DNA of 64,000 nucleotides from Patescibacteria group bacterium (GTDB lineage: Bacteria > Patescibacteriota > Minisyncoccia > UBA6257 > 1-14-0-10-40-38), in NCBI GenBank assembly GCA_038064975.1, contig JBBTRX010000001.1:336-64335 (forward strand), given 5' to 3'. The notes beneath the pieces are model-generated. The model worked only from the letters and a program-made list of their open reading frames with translations. It was not told the DNA's origin and ran no database searches. The position numbers and the translations under genes are program-made. Positions 11,832-20,782 of the stretch are shown here, one piece after another (within the stretch, counting starts at the first letter, position 1; each line of letters begins with the position of its first letter).

Positions 11832-13439
11832 TTATCTCCGTGTCCAATACGGAACACAAAACTCGCTTCCGCATTGGAAGCTTGTCAGCAATCCGGACCC
11901 GGAAATAGAATTAATAAAACCGACAAGAGGGAGTCCGTGTGAGCCCACAAATACCGCCGCGCCGGGAGCCGCATAAAATTCAGAGGGGGAGAGACCGAAA
12001 TAATCTGCTCCAGTAAGAACCAATCTTGTTTCCTTAAATTCATCGTTACCAGATACATCTTTACCACAAAACTCGTTACCACATCGTATAAAATAAAGAT
12101 TATTATTATCATTTCCTGGATCCGTTGTGGAATAAATCAAGATGGGCGTGCCATGAACACTCGTCGCCGCACGAATTGAAGTAACGCTTACTCCAGAAGA
12201 AAATGTTTTTATCACATCTGTTGATGGTGTAGAACATGAAATATCATCACATTTTGTAACACGTAAAGTCGCATTACCTCCCTCTGACGTATGAAAAATG
12301 AGAGGAGTACCATCACGAGAAATAACAATAGCGTTTAATTTGCCAACAACCGTAATGCCGCTGGATGGCCAATCTAAAGGATCATCTAATTTAACAGGGT
12401 TAGTGGATGCCGAACAATTTGTTGTTCTACATCTGATAAATTTCAATGTATTTCCATCATCTCCATCTTGATACGCAATAATCGGAAAAACATTGATACC
12501 GAGCGTAAATGCAAGATAATCAAACGCACCAGAGATTAACGTAAGATCTTCTTTGCTCGCACAAGCAGGATCATAGCAATGAATAACCTTAATCGGGTTA
12601 CCCGAACCAAGTCGGATTGAAATTATGACAGGATTACCATCCCCTCCAATAATCATATCTGCTGATTGAGTATTAGTATCTACAACAATAGAAGAGTTTG
12701 TAGCACAATTTAAAGAAGTACAAGCCAAGAAACGAGTCGCCGTACTAAAGAGTGATTTATTTTTAATAAGCACTATAGGATAATCACCCGGACCCGGCTT
12801 TGCGCTTAATATTTCAGGTAATTTATTATTTAGCCCCATAAGGGTATATGCGATGACAGGAGAGTCAGCAAGAGAGCAGTCTATTTTGCGACATCGTAGT
12901 GCATATACGTTCTTATCTCCCTCATTAACACCCTGCTCAGCAAGTGTGTAAAAAAAGATTGGCGTTCCATCACGATTAACGGTAAACGCAGATGTTTGGA
13001 CATCGCCAGCAATAAGAAAAGAAGTTACTACATGAGGGAGGGGAACTTTGGCATTTCTATCATAACGCTGTTGAATTCCATCTATCGTAATACCCCCACC
13101 GGAAAGACTAAGGGGTGCTGTTATAGTACTCGTCCCGATACCAAGTGCGACTTCCACATTTAATCCATTTGCTACCGCAGAAAGACTGGCTCCCTGCGAC
13201 GTACTCGCGATAGAAAGAGATCCGTTAATACTCAAAGCATTTAGCGCATTTTCCGTATTAATACCGATAAAGCCATTTGATGCTCTATGAATAGTTCCTG
13301 ATGTATTAGGAGGGCCACCGCCGGGACCATCCCATCCCCTCACAACGCCTGCGATAAGAAGGCCAAGAAAAAGAAAAGAAAAAAGACCAATGAGAATTGA
13401 ATGCCTTTTTTCTGAAAAATTAAATTTAGTATTTTCCAT
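11832..13439 (-). CDS. Secreted/anchored Cys-rich repeat protein, paralog 3
   Basis: Same 7-repeat architecture; ends CGSEFCVPYWTRR. Confidence 0.75.
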   Translation of the reverse strand: MENTKFNFSEKRHSILIGLFSFLFLGLLIAGVVRGWDGPGGGPPNTSGTIHRASNGFIGINTENALNALSINGSLSIASTSQGASLSAVANGLNVEVALGIGTSTITAPLSLSGGGITIDGIQQRYDRNAKVPLPHVVTSFLIAGDVQTSAFTVNRDGTPIFFYTLAEQGVNEGDKNVYALRCRKIDCSLADSPVIAYTLMGLNNKLPEILSAKPGPGDYPIVLIKNKSLFSTATRFLACTSLNCATNSSIVVDTNTQSADMIIGGDGNPVIISIRLGSGNPIKVIHCYDPACASKEDLTLISGAFDYLAFTLGINVFPIIAYQDGDDGNTLKFIRCRTTNCSASTNPVKLDDPLDWPSSGITVVGKLNAIVISRDGTPLIFHTSEGGNATLRVTKCDDISCSTPSTDVIKTFSSGVSVTSIRAATSVHGTPILIYSTTDPGNDNNNLYFIRCGNEFCGKDVSGNDEFKETRLVLTGADYFGLSPSEFYAAPGAAVFVGSHGLPLVGFINSISGSGLLTSFQCGSEFCVPYWTRR

Positions 13440-13530
13440 TGCGCTTGGCTTTGCTGTGCTTTAAACGTTTCTTCAATTATAATTGTCTTTACAGGAGTTA
13501 CCTAAGTTTTGTGTGGATAAGATAAGCGCT

Positions 13531-14916
13531 ATGAAGATATACAACACACTTTCACAGGCAAAGAACATGCTTAAGAAGCCCGAATCAGGCCCCATCCGGC
13601 TTTTTGTATGTGGCCCTACCGTCTACAACGAACTCCATATCGGTAACGCACGTGTATACATTGTCTTTGATGTTTTTGCGCGGTACCTCCGAAGCACAGG
13701 CGCAGCTCTGAGATACGTCCAAAACATTACCGACATTGACGACAAGATAATCGCACGCGCTAAAGAAGAAGACATGAGTCCCAAGCGCCTAGCAGAAAAA
13801 TATACGCGCATATTTAAAGAAGATATGCGATCGCTAAATATCAACTCAGTAGATACGTATGCATCGGCCACAGAATACATTCCGGAAATAATCGCGCAAG
13901 TTGAACGCCTGATTGAAAAAAAACACGCGTACAAAATAACTGGCGATGGTTATTATTTTGATCTCGCTACATTTCCCCATTACGGCAAGCTCGCACACAG
14001 GACAATAGAACAAGCAGAAGATGGAACATCGCGCATTGATGAAAATCCTAACAAACGAAACAAGGGAGATTTCTGTGTGTGGAAATTTTCACGCGAAGGA
14101 GAACCAAGTTGGCAAGCGCCCTTCGGCATCGGACGACCGGGTTGGCATATTGAGGACACCGCAATTTCGGAAAAACATTTCGGTCCGCAGTATGAGATAC
14201 ACGGTGGAGGCATTGATCTAAAATTTCCGCATCACGAAGCAGAAATCGCCCAGCAAGAATCCGCTTCCGGCAAACGCCCATTTGTACAACTCTGGATGCA
14301 TACCGGATTGCTCACGGTGCGTGGAAAAAAAATGAGTAAGAGCGGCGGCAATTTTATTACCATTCGGCAATTTCTAAACGACCATAGCGCGAATAGTTTG
14401 CGTCTTACGGTCTTACAAAACCATTATCGTTCCTCAGTTGATTACACAGAAGAATCCGCTCTCGGAGCCGAAACCGCGTGGAGATCGTTTATTCAGCATA
14501 TTGAAAAATTAAGAATGCAATCAAGATTTTCCAGCACCGGCACCGCCCTCTTTCCTCTCCAGACATATGACGAGCGTTTTACAAGCGCAATGGAAGACGA
14601 CCTGAATACCCCAGAAGCAATCGCCACTCTCTTTAGCGCAATGCACGATATGCAAGCCGGCCTCTGGCGTATCTCTCCCAAAAGCGCGGGTGAAGCAAGG
14701 CGCTGGTTTATGAGAAAATTAACTCTCCTCGGCTTTACGCGCCTTAAGCACCCCGTTTCCATTTTCGCCCGCATTTTGGCATGGCGACGGGAGTTATTCA
14801 GGCGTCGTAAACACTTTATCCAGTCAGACATCTTGCGCGCTCACGTTGAGCGGCTAGGATATACCATAGAGGACACGCCGCGAGGCCCGCTCATCTTGCC
14901 TCAGCGTTTGCAGTAA
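13531..14916 (+). CDS. cysS: Cysteine--tRNA ligase
   Basis: MKIYNTLS, CGPTVY, HIGN, GRPGWHIE, KMSKS; start moved to ATG 13531. Confidence 0.97.
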   Translation: MKIYNTLSQAKNMLKKPESGPIRLFVCGPTVYNELHIGNARVYIVFDVFARYLRSTGAALRYVQNITDIDDKIIARAKEEDMSPKRLAEKYTRIFKEDMRSLNINSVDTYASATEYIPEIIAQVERLIEKKHAYKITGDGYYFDLATFPHYGKLAHRTIEQAEDGTSRIDENPNKRNKGDFCVWKFSREGEPSWQAPFGIGRPGWHIEDTAISEKHFGPQYEIHGGGIDLKFPHHEAEIAQQESASGKRPFVQLWMHTGLLTVRGKKMSKSGGNFITIRQFLNDHSANSLRLTVLQNHYRSSVDYTEESALGAETAWRSFIQHIEKLRMQSRFSSTGTALFPLQTYDERFTSAMEDDLNTPEAIATLFSAMHDMQAGLWRISPKSAGEARRWFMRKLTLLGFTRLKHPVSIFARILAWRRELFRRRKHFIQSDILRAHVERLGYTIEDTPRGPLILPQRLQ

Positions 14917-14921
14917 GACAC

Positions 14922-16268
14922 ATGAACCCAAAGATTCCCCCACAAAATATAGAAGCAGAAACTTCTATCTTAGGAGCGCTAATGTTAGACAAAGAAGCGA
15001 TTGTAAAAATCGCCGACGTGCTCCACGCATCAGATTTTTATAAGCCGACACATTCCACGCTCTACTCCACCATCCTTTCCCTCTACGAGCGCCATGAGCC
15101 GATTGATGTCGTAAGTGTAACTGCACGACTCAAAGCTTCGGAACAACTAGAATCTATCGGCGGATCATCGTATCTCGCCCAGCTCGTAACTTCCGTGCCA
15201 ACGTCTTCGCACGTTGCCCATTATGCGAAACTCGTACGCGAGAAAAAAATTCTCCGTGATCTTATTAATGTATCCGCAGAGATTACAGAAAACGCGTTCC
15301 GCCCTGAAGATGATTTAGAAAATGTTCTGGACGATGTTGAACAAAAAGTCTTCGCAATTTCTCAACGATCCATCTCGCAGAAATTCAGCGCCGTCAAAGA
15401 CGAACTCGGTGCCGCATACGAACGTATTGAAAAATTGCATCGCGGCGAAGGGTTGATTCGCGGCGTACCAACAGGATTTAAAGATGTAGATAATATTCTT
15501 TCAGGATTCCAACGTTCCGATTTGGTTATTCTCGGTGCCCGTCCGTCGCTCGGAAAAACATCGTTCGCGCTTGATATCGCACGCCACGTGGCCATGAAAC
15601 AAAAAGAGCCGGTTGGATTTTTCTCACTAGAAATGTCCCGGGAACAAGTCGTAGACCGCCTTATTTCCGCTGAAGCACAAGTTCCGCTCTGGAAATTACG
15701 CACGGGGCGCCTTTCAGATAAAACAGATTTTGAACTTATCCAACATGCGCTAGACACCCTTTCTCGCGCGCCATTCTTTATTGACGACACGCCATCCCCC
15801 AACATTCTACAAATGCGCTCTATGGCACGAAGATTGCAATCAGAGCATGGGCTTTCCCTGCTTGTTGTTGATTATCTCCAGCTTATTATGCCGCGTACCA
15901 ATTCCGATAACATGGTCCAGCAAATTACCGAAATCTCGCGTGGACTCAAAGGCTTGGCACGCGAACTCAATGTCCCCGTGCTCGCACTCTCACAACTTTC
16001 GCGTGCCGTTGATCAACGCGAAATAAAAGTTCCCCGCCTCTCTGATTTGCGCGAATCAGGATCTATTGAACAAGACGCGGATGTCGTTATGTTTATCTAT
16101 CGTAAAGATCGTGACAAAACAACCGTCCTACCCGAAGAAGAAAATCAGGCAGAAATCATTGTAGCAAAACACCGCAACGGCCCCTTGGGAACAGTACGCC
16201 TACGCTTTGATCAAGAGAAAGCAAGCTTCCAGACGATTGATAGGGCGCATGTAACAGAGGAAATATAA
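14922..16268 (+). CDS. dnaB: Replicative DNA helicase
   Basis: PPQNIEAE, GARPSLGKT, VDYLQL, DLRESGSIEQDAD. Confidence 0.99.
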   Translation: MNPKIPPQNIEAETSILGALMLDKEAIVKIADVLHASDFYKPTHSTLYSTILSLYERHEPIDVVSVTARLKASEQLESIGGSSYLAQLVTSVPTSSHVAHYAKLVREKKILRDLINVSAEITENAFRPEDDLENVLDDVEQKVFAISQRSISQKFSAVKDELGAAYERIEKLHRGEGLIRGVPTGFKDVDNILSGFQRSDLVILGARPSLGKTSFALDIARHVAMKQKEPVGFFSLEMSREQVVDRLISAEAQVPLWKLRTGRLSDKTDFELIQHALDTLSRAPFFIDDTPSPNILQMRSMARRLQSEHGLSLLVVDYLQLIMPRTNSDNMVQQITEISRGLKGLARELNVPVLALSQLSRAVDQREIKVPRLSDLRESGSIEQDADVVMFIYRKDRDKTTVLPEEENQAEIIVAKHRNGPLGTVRLRFDQEKASFQTIDRAHVTEEI

Positions 16269-16276
16269 TAGCTTAC

Positions 16277-16364
16277 TGTATCGATACTAATATACAAATG
16301 ATACAAATATTATTTTTCACTTCTTATTTCTATTTTCTAGATTCTATTTTCTAGATTCTATTCC
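16277..16364 (+). repeat. 88-bp intergenic repeat, copy 2
   Basis: Inverted copy of 11722-11809; ends immediately before the recR ATG. Confidence 0.9.
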
Positions 16365-16976
16365 ATGTTCCCTCGCCCTATTCAAAAATTTATTGACGCG
16401 TTCTCCGCGCTTCCCTCTATAGGCCCACGCCAAGCAACACGGCTTGCTTTTCATATTCTGAAATTAGGAAAAGCATCAATACAAGAATTAACCGATGCAG
16501 TGGCAAGTCTCGGCACTATACAGACGTGTTCCCGATGTTTTGTCCCCTATGAAGCAAATCTGGCTGCTTCAGAAATAACACTCTGCTGGATCTGCTCCAA
16601 TAAAGAGCGGAACCAATCCATCATTGCGATTGTAGAAAAACCGACCGATCTTATCGCACTTGAGAAAACAAAGAAGTATAAAGGGCGCTATCTTGTTCTG
16701 GGAGAGCTAGATCGCGACGGCATTTTGGACACAGAACAAAAACTGCGGATCGCTAATGTAAAGCGGACTATTGAAAAAGAATTTGGCATGGCGGAAGAAA
16801 TTCTGATCGCATTAAACCCTACAACCCTGGGCGATATTGATTCCGCTCTTATCATGCAGGAATTAAAACCAATCGCAAAAAAAATAACACGCCTCGGAAG
16901 AGGCCTGCCTACGGGAGGAGAAATAGAATTTGCCGATGACGAAACGCTCTCCGGTGCTCTTGATGGAAGAAGGTGA
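16365..16976 (+). CDS. recR: Recombination protein RecR
   Basis: LPSIGPRQATRLA HhH, C4 zinc finger, GLPTGGEIEFAD. Confidence 0.96.
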   Translation: MFPRPIQKFIDAFSALPSIGPRQATRLAFHILKLGKASIQELTDAVASLGTIQTCSRCFVPYEANLAASEITLCWICSNKERNQSIIAIVEKPTDLIALEKTKKYKGRYLVLGELDRDGILDTEQKLRIANVKRTIEKEFGMAEEILIALNPTTLGDIDSALIMQELKPIAKKITRLGRGLPTGGEIEFADDETLSGALDGRR

Positions 16977-17082
16977 GGATACGGGGTAGAGGGTATGGCC
17001 ACTAGCCAATAGAATTGAGATAAAAAAGAACGCCTCCGAAAGGCGACTCTTTTTTATTTTCACTCCTCAACTGATCAACTCG

Positions 17083-17403
17083 TTAACTGTTTTTGATTCC
17101 CGTAATTTCTACTTCAGTAAACGGTTGGCGATGGCCTTTCTTTTTCTTATATCTCGTCTTGGAGTGATACTTAAATACTATCTTTTTCTCATCCCGGCCT
17201 TGCATAAGGACTTTTCCAGCAACCGTAGCGCCTTTTACGCGCGGATCACCTATAACAACGTCATCACCGTTTACGACGAGTAAAACCGAATCAAAAGAGA
17301 CCTGAGATCCAGTTTCAGCTTCAAGCTTTTCAATTTTTATTTTTGAGCCGGATTCAACGCGATATTGCTTACCTCCCGTCTCAATGACTGCGAATGTTTT
17401 CAT
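17083..17403 (-). CDS. rplU: 50S ribosomal protein L21
   Basis: FAVIETGGKQY, GHRQPFT. Confidence 0.98.
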   Translation of the reverse strand: MKTFAVIETGGKQYRVESGSKIKIEKLEAETGSQVSFDSVLLVVNGDDVVIGDPRVKGATVAGKVLMQGRDEKKIVFKYHSKTRYKKKKGHRQPFTEVEITGIKNS

Positions 17404-17412
17404 GGGTTTCGT

Positions 17413-17772
17413 TCAATTGGCTGAAATAATAACACCCACCGCAATGAAAATCAAGACCACGAGAAAAATATTAAAATAGGCAAGCAAATAGGATACAAAA
17501 CGGGATTTATCATAAAGGGCGTATGCAAGGAGCGAATTCATGGCCCACGCCATTACTCCCGACACGATAATAGTAAAAACGTCATAGCGAGTACCGGAAA
17601 ATCCGGGCATCGTCTCCCCGGGCGCTCGAAGAACCAGAAGATGGCCAACATCCCACAGCTGGTATCCTGTAATCACAGCTAATACTGTAAGCAACGCACC
17701 AGCGATAAGGAGCGGATTGCGTATAAAAGCATCTTTTGCCATGCGCCGTAAGCGCGCCTTGTAATTATCCAT
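17413..17772 (-). CDS. Hypothetical membrane protein (3 TM)
   Basis: Three hydrophobic segments; operonic with rplU; start taken at ATG 17772. Confidence 0.6.
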   Translation of the reverse strand: MDNYKARLRRMAKDAFIRNPLLIAGALLTVLAVITGYQLWDVGHLLVLRAPGETMPGFSGTRYDVFTIIVSGVMAWAMNSLLAYALYDKSRFVSYLLAYFNIFLVVLIFIAVGVIISAN

Positions 17773-17843
17773 ACTTATCCAATAGTAAAAGCAGAAACAA
17801 AAAAAAGATAGCCCCAAATACCTTCGGGGCTACATTCATTGAT

Positions 17844-18590
17844 CTAAAAATTGAAAACAAACGAACAATTCTCTCCCCTAACCCAACGAATAATGCTGTG
17901 AAGAGGAGTTACATACCCAACATCTACTTGAAGTGGTTCTCCCGCCTCGGGATTTCCAAGCATCTTCGTGTAAACTCCAATAAGTTCTCCGGTAGTCACA
18001 AGGAATACTCCACCACCCGACGACCCCAAGTATCCAGGAGCATTGATGGTGATAAGGTTCTCCTCTCGCGAAAGGACTTCCCCACACTCTCGGAATGGAC
18101 CAATACCGCGAGGATAGCTCACAAGATAGATATTGTCGCCTAGCTGAACACGGCCAGTGAGCCCGACACTACGAACACAAGCTTGGCGATGAATTTTATT
18201 TGACTCAAAAACTAATACAGCAATATCGTAAACATCATTACGCATACAAATCTTCGCTTCGTACGTATCACCCGACAACGTACGAATATAAGCGAAATCC
18301 ATACCTCGTACGGTATGATTGGCGCTCAAGAGATAATATTTACGATAAAGTCGAGCGCCATCGTAAAACAAAGCGGAACGAGAAACGATGACTCCACTTC
18401 CCAATACTTTCTCACTCAAGCCGTCAAGAATACATACAACTGGATTCTTGAGAGAGCGATCTTCTTCTCCTTCAAAAAAATATCCTGATTCTTGTGTTTC
18501 TTGTCCGTAAACAGGCGCAAAATGCTTTTGCCCCGCGCATGAAGCGCTGACCAGCACAAGAATGATGACGAAACATACCTTGCTTAGCAT
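17844..18590 (-). CDS. Trypsin-like serine protease, probable lipoprotein
   Basis: Triad contexts SANHTV, YDIAVL, GSSGGG; signal ending LVSASC. Confidence 0.8.
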   Translation of the reverse strand: MLSKVCFVIILVLVSASCAGQKHFAPVYGQETQESGYFFEGEEDRSLKNPVVCILDGLSEKVLGSGVIVSRSALFYDGARLYRKYYLLSANHTVRGMDFAYIRTLSGDTYEAKICMRNDVYDIAVLVFESNKIHRQACVRSVGLTGRVQLGDNIYLVSYPRGIGPFRECGEVLSREENLITINAPGYLGSSGGGVFLVTTGELIGVYTKMLGNPEAGEPLQVDVGYVTPLHSIIRWVRGENCSFVFNF

Positions 18591-18766
18591 GACCACTCCC
18601 CTTCCTTCTGTTTTGTACTCCAATCAAAGACCGGCACTCAATATACTGAAAAATAAGCAAAAGGGCAAATGAAAACTATGTGGGCTTATAAAAAAGCCGC
18701 CATTGGTCATAAACCATTGGCGGCGAAAGGCTCGGAATATATCTCATACCATATTAAGAGCCTAGC

Positions 18767-19111
18767 TTAACCCCTACCCCAACCCCTTCCTCTTTCCCAA
18801 TTCTCCCGGTCTACCTGCTCAATAAAACGACCATGCATAACATCGTAGACTTGGGTCAGAGTAACGACAAAAACACAACAAATTCCCATCAATACAAGTC
18901 CGAGAAAACTTCTAATACCTACTACAAGGCTACAGATGCCAATAGCGAATGCAAGAACATACAAGGAGAGATTCAGCGGACCCCAAGCCCACCGTTTTAG
19001 GAGCTCATCTACTCTCTGTTCGTCCGACAACATCTGACCCCAGAATGAATCCTTTCCATCTCGTCTCGCCAAAGATTCCAAAAAAACATCACTTTGTCCA
19101 CGCACGCGCAT
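18767..19111 (-). CDS. Hypothetical membrane protein (2 TM)
   Basis: AAGGAG SD, two hydrophobic helices, terminator hairpin near 18690-18730. Confidence 0.55.
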   Translation of the reverse strand: MRVRGQSDVFLESLARRDGKDSFWGQMLSDEQRVDELLKRWAWGPLNLSLYVLAFAIGICSLVVGIRSFLGLVLMGICCVFVVTLTQVYDVMHGRFIEQVDRENWERGRGWGRG

Positions 19112-19204
19112 GTTTAACTCCTTGAGTTAAAGCTCAGTTGAAGAAACCCGAAAGGACGATGAACTAATAAAAATTATATCATATTAGATGCATTACGTCA
19201 AGCA

Positions 19205-19332
19205 CGCCCCACGGAGAGCCTTACGTCGTCCGGCTTTGCCGGACTCTTTAAAAACCGACGGTTTTTAACTATTTTCCTCCACGAAGGGAACCTGGTAACT
19301 TTCCCTCCGACCCACCCTCCGTTCGATTCTCC
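19205..19332 (-). mobile_element. Small structured element, copy A, at the tRNA-Glu 3' end (putative)
   Basis: Three hairpins with linkers shared with 48679-48836; inverted (19321-19332) and direct (19205-19217) copies of the tRNA 3' end. Confidence 0.55.
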
Positions 19333-19383
19333 AAAAACAGAAATAAAAAAATACTCCACAAAATATAGAGCATTTTTTATTTG

Positions 19384-19455
19384 CGCTCCCACGGAGAATC
19401 GAACTCCGGTTTCAAGGATGAGAACCTTGCGTCCTAGCCACTAGACGATGAGAGC
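19384..19455 (-). tRNA. tRNA-Glu(CTC), CCA not encoded
   Basis: Cloverleaf GCTCTCA/TGGGAGC; anticodon arm CAAGG-TTCTCAT-CCTTG; T-loop GTTCGAT. Confidence 0.95.
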
Positions 19456-19496
19456 TTCCACTTTATCTTGTTGTCACAAGAAGCACCTTTACGGGA

Positions 19497-20777
19497 TTAA
19501 ATTTTTATTTCATCCACGAGTACCTGCAACCCAATACCACGCGAGGCCTTTATTAAAACCAAATCCCCTTTTTTAAGCAAGTCTTGAAGCGGCAAACGAG
19601 CTTCGTCCGCGGTATCAAAACTCATGATGTTTCTTTTTTCCATCCCGAGAGAACGCGCAGACTGCGCAATGAATTTAGCCCGAGGACCAACAGTAACGAG
19701 TACGTCAAAAACTTTGGCAACCGCTTTTCCCAACGCTTCATGTGCGGGAATAGCGTATTCCCCGAGTTCAAGCATATCGCCTAAGACTGCAATCTTTCGC
19801 GACCCAGGGATATCACGGACCGCTTCAATTGCCGCTTCAGTGGAAAGCGGTGAGGCATTATACGCATCGTCAATAATCCACGTTTCTTTTACGCCGGAGA
19901 TAAGGCGCATCCGATGATCAGGATGCTGATACGACTTTAATGCCTCTTCGGTGCGCACGAGATGAATACCAAATGCTATACCTGCACATGCCGCAGATGC
20001 CGCCGCGTATGCCGCCGATTTTCCAAACACGCCATCAATGCGTATCGGGACAACATTGCCTCCATAATTTAATTTGAAGGATATGCCGGTCGGTCGCTTA
20101 TCTTCCACTTTATTTTCAAAATTTGTAATGCGCATTTCAGCGCGCGATGAAAAACCAAATGTCATTACATGGGCGCGCGTACGATCCCGCATTGCAAATA
20201 CCGCTTCATCATCGGCATTTAAAATAGCAACGCCAGTACTCTGGAGCGATTCCAAAATTCTCCCCTTCTCCCGATAGAGCGCTTCAACATTGGGATAATT
20301 TTCTACATGCACGGGAGTCTCTCCTATGGCAGTAAGAACGCCAATCTGAGGGCGCGCTATGGATAAGAGATATTTGATATCGCCGGGAGCTTGCGCACCG
20401 TACTCCAAGACCAGCAATTCCGGATAACGCGCACGAGGCAGAAAGATAATTCTTAAAACCGCGAGAATAAGTATTTTTGACCAAAAAAATATCTTCCCAA
20501 TACGCCGTCCACCCGCCTGCTCCATTTTACTCACGAAACGGATGTCTCGTTCTGACCAGCCACCTAAAATAGCGAGTGGCAGGCCGAATTCATTATTCAA
20601 GCTTTCCGGATCAACACGAACACGGCGCATGGACTTCAAAACCGTCGCAATCGCCATTTTTGCCGATGTTTTGCCTACGCTTCCGGTAATACCAATAATA
20701 CCCGGATCAAATTTCCGTATTGTAAGACGGGCAAGAACCCGCAATGTTGCCGCTAGTTGTTCGCGAAGCCAATACAT
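19497..20777 (-). CDS. murF: UDP-MurNAc-tripeptide--D-Ala-D-Ala ligase
   Basis: GITGSVGKTS, NNEFGLP, DDAYNASP, GDMLELG, KASRG. Confidence 0.95.
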   Translation of the reverse strand: MYWLREQLAATLRVLARLTIRKFDPGIIGITGSVGKTSAKMAIATVLKSMRRVRVDPESLNNEFGLPLAILGGWSERDIRFVSKMEQAGGRRIGKIFFWSKILILAVLRIIFLPRARYPELLVLEYGAQAPGDIKYLLSIARPQIGVLTAIGETPVHVENYPNVEALYREKGRILESLQSTGVAILNADDEAVFAMRDRTRAHVMTFGFSSRAEMRITNFENKVEDKRPTGISFKLNYGGNVVPIRIDGVFGKSAAYAAASAACAGIAFGIHLVRTEEALKSYQHPDHRMRLISGVKETWIIDDAYNASPLSTEAAIEAVRDIPGSRKIAVLGDMLELGEYAIPAHEALGKAVAKVFDVLVTVGPRAKFIAQSARSLGMEKRNIMSFDTADEARLPLQDLLKKGDLVLIKASRGIGLQVLVDEIKI

Positions 20778-20782
20778 AATAA

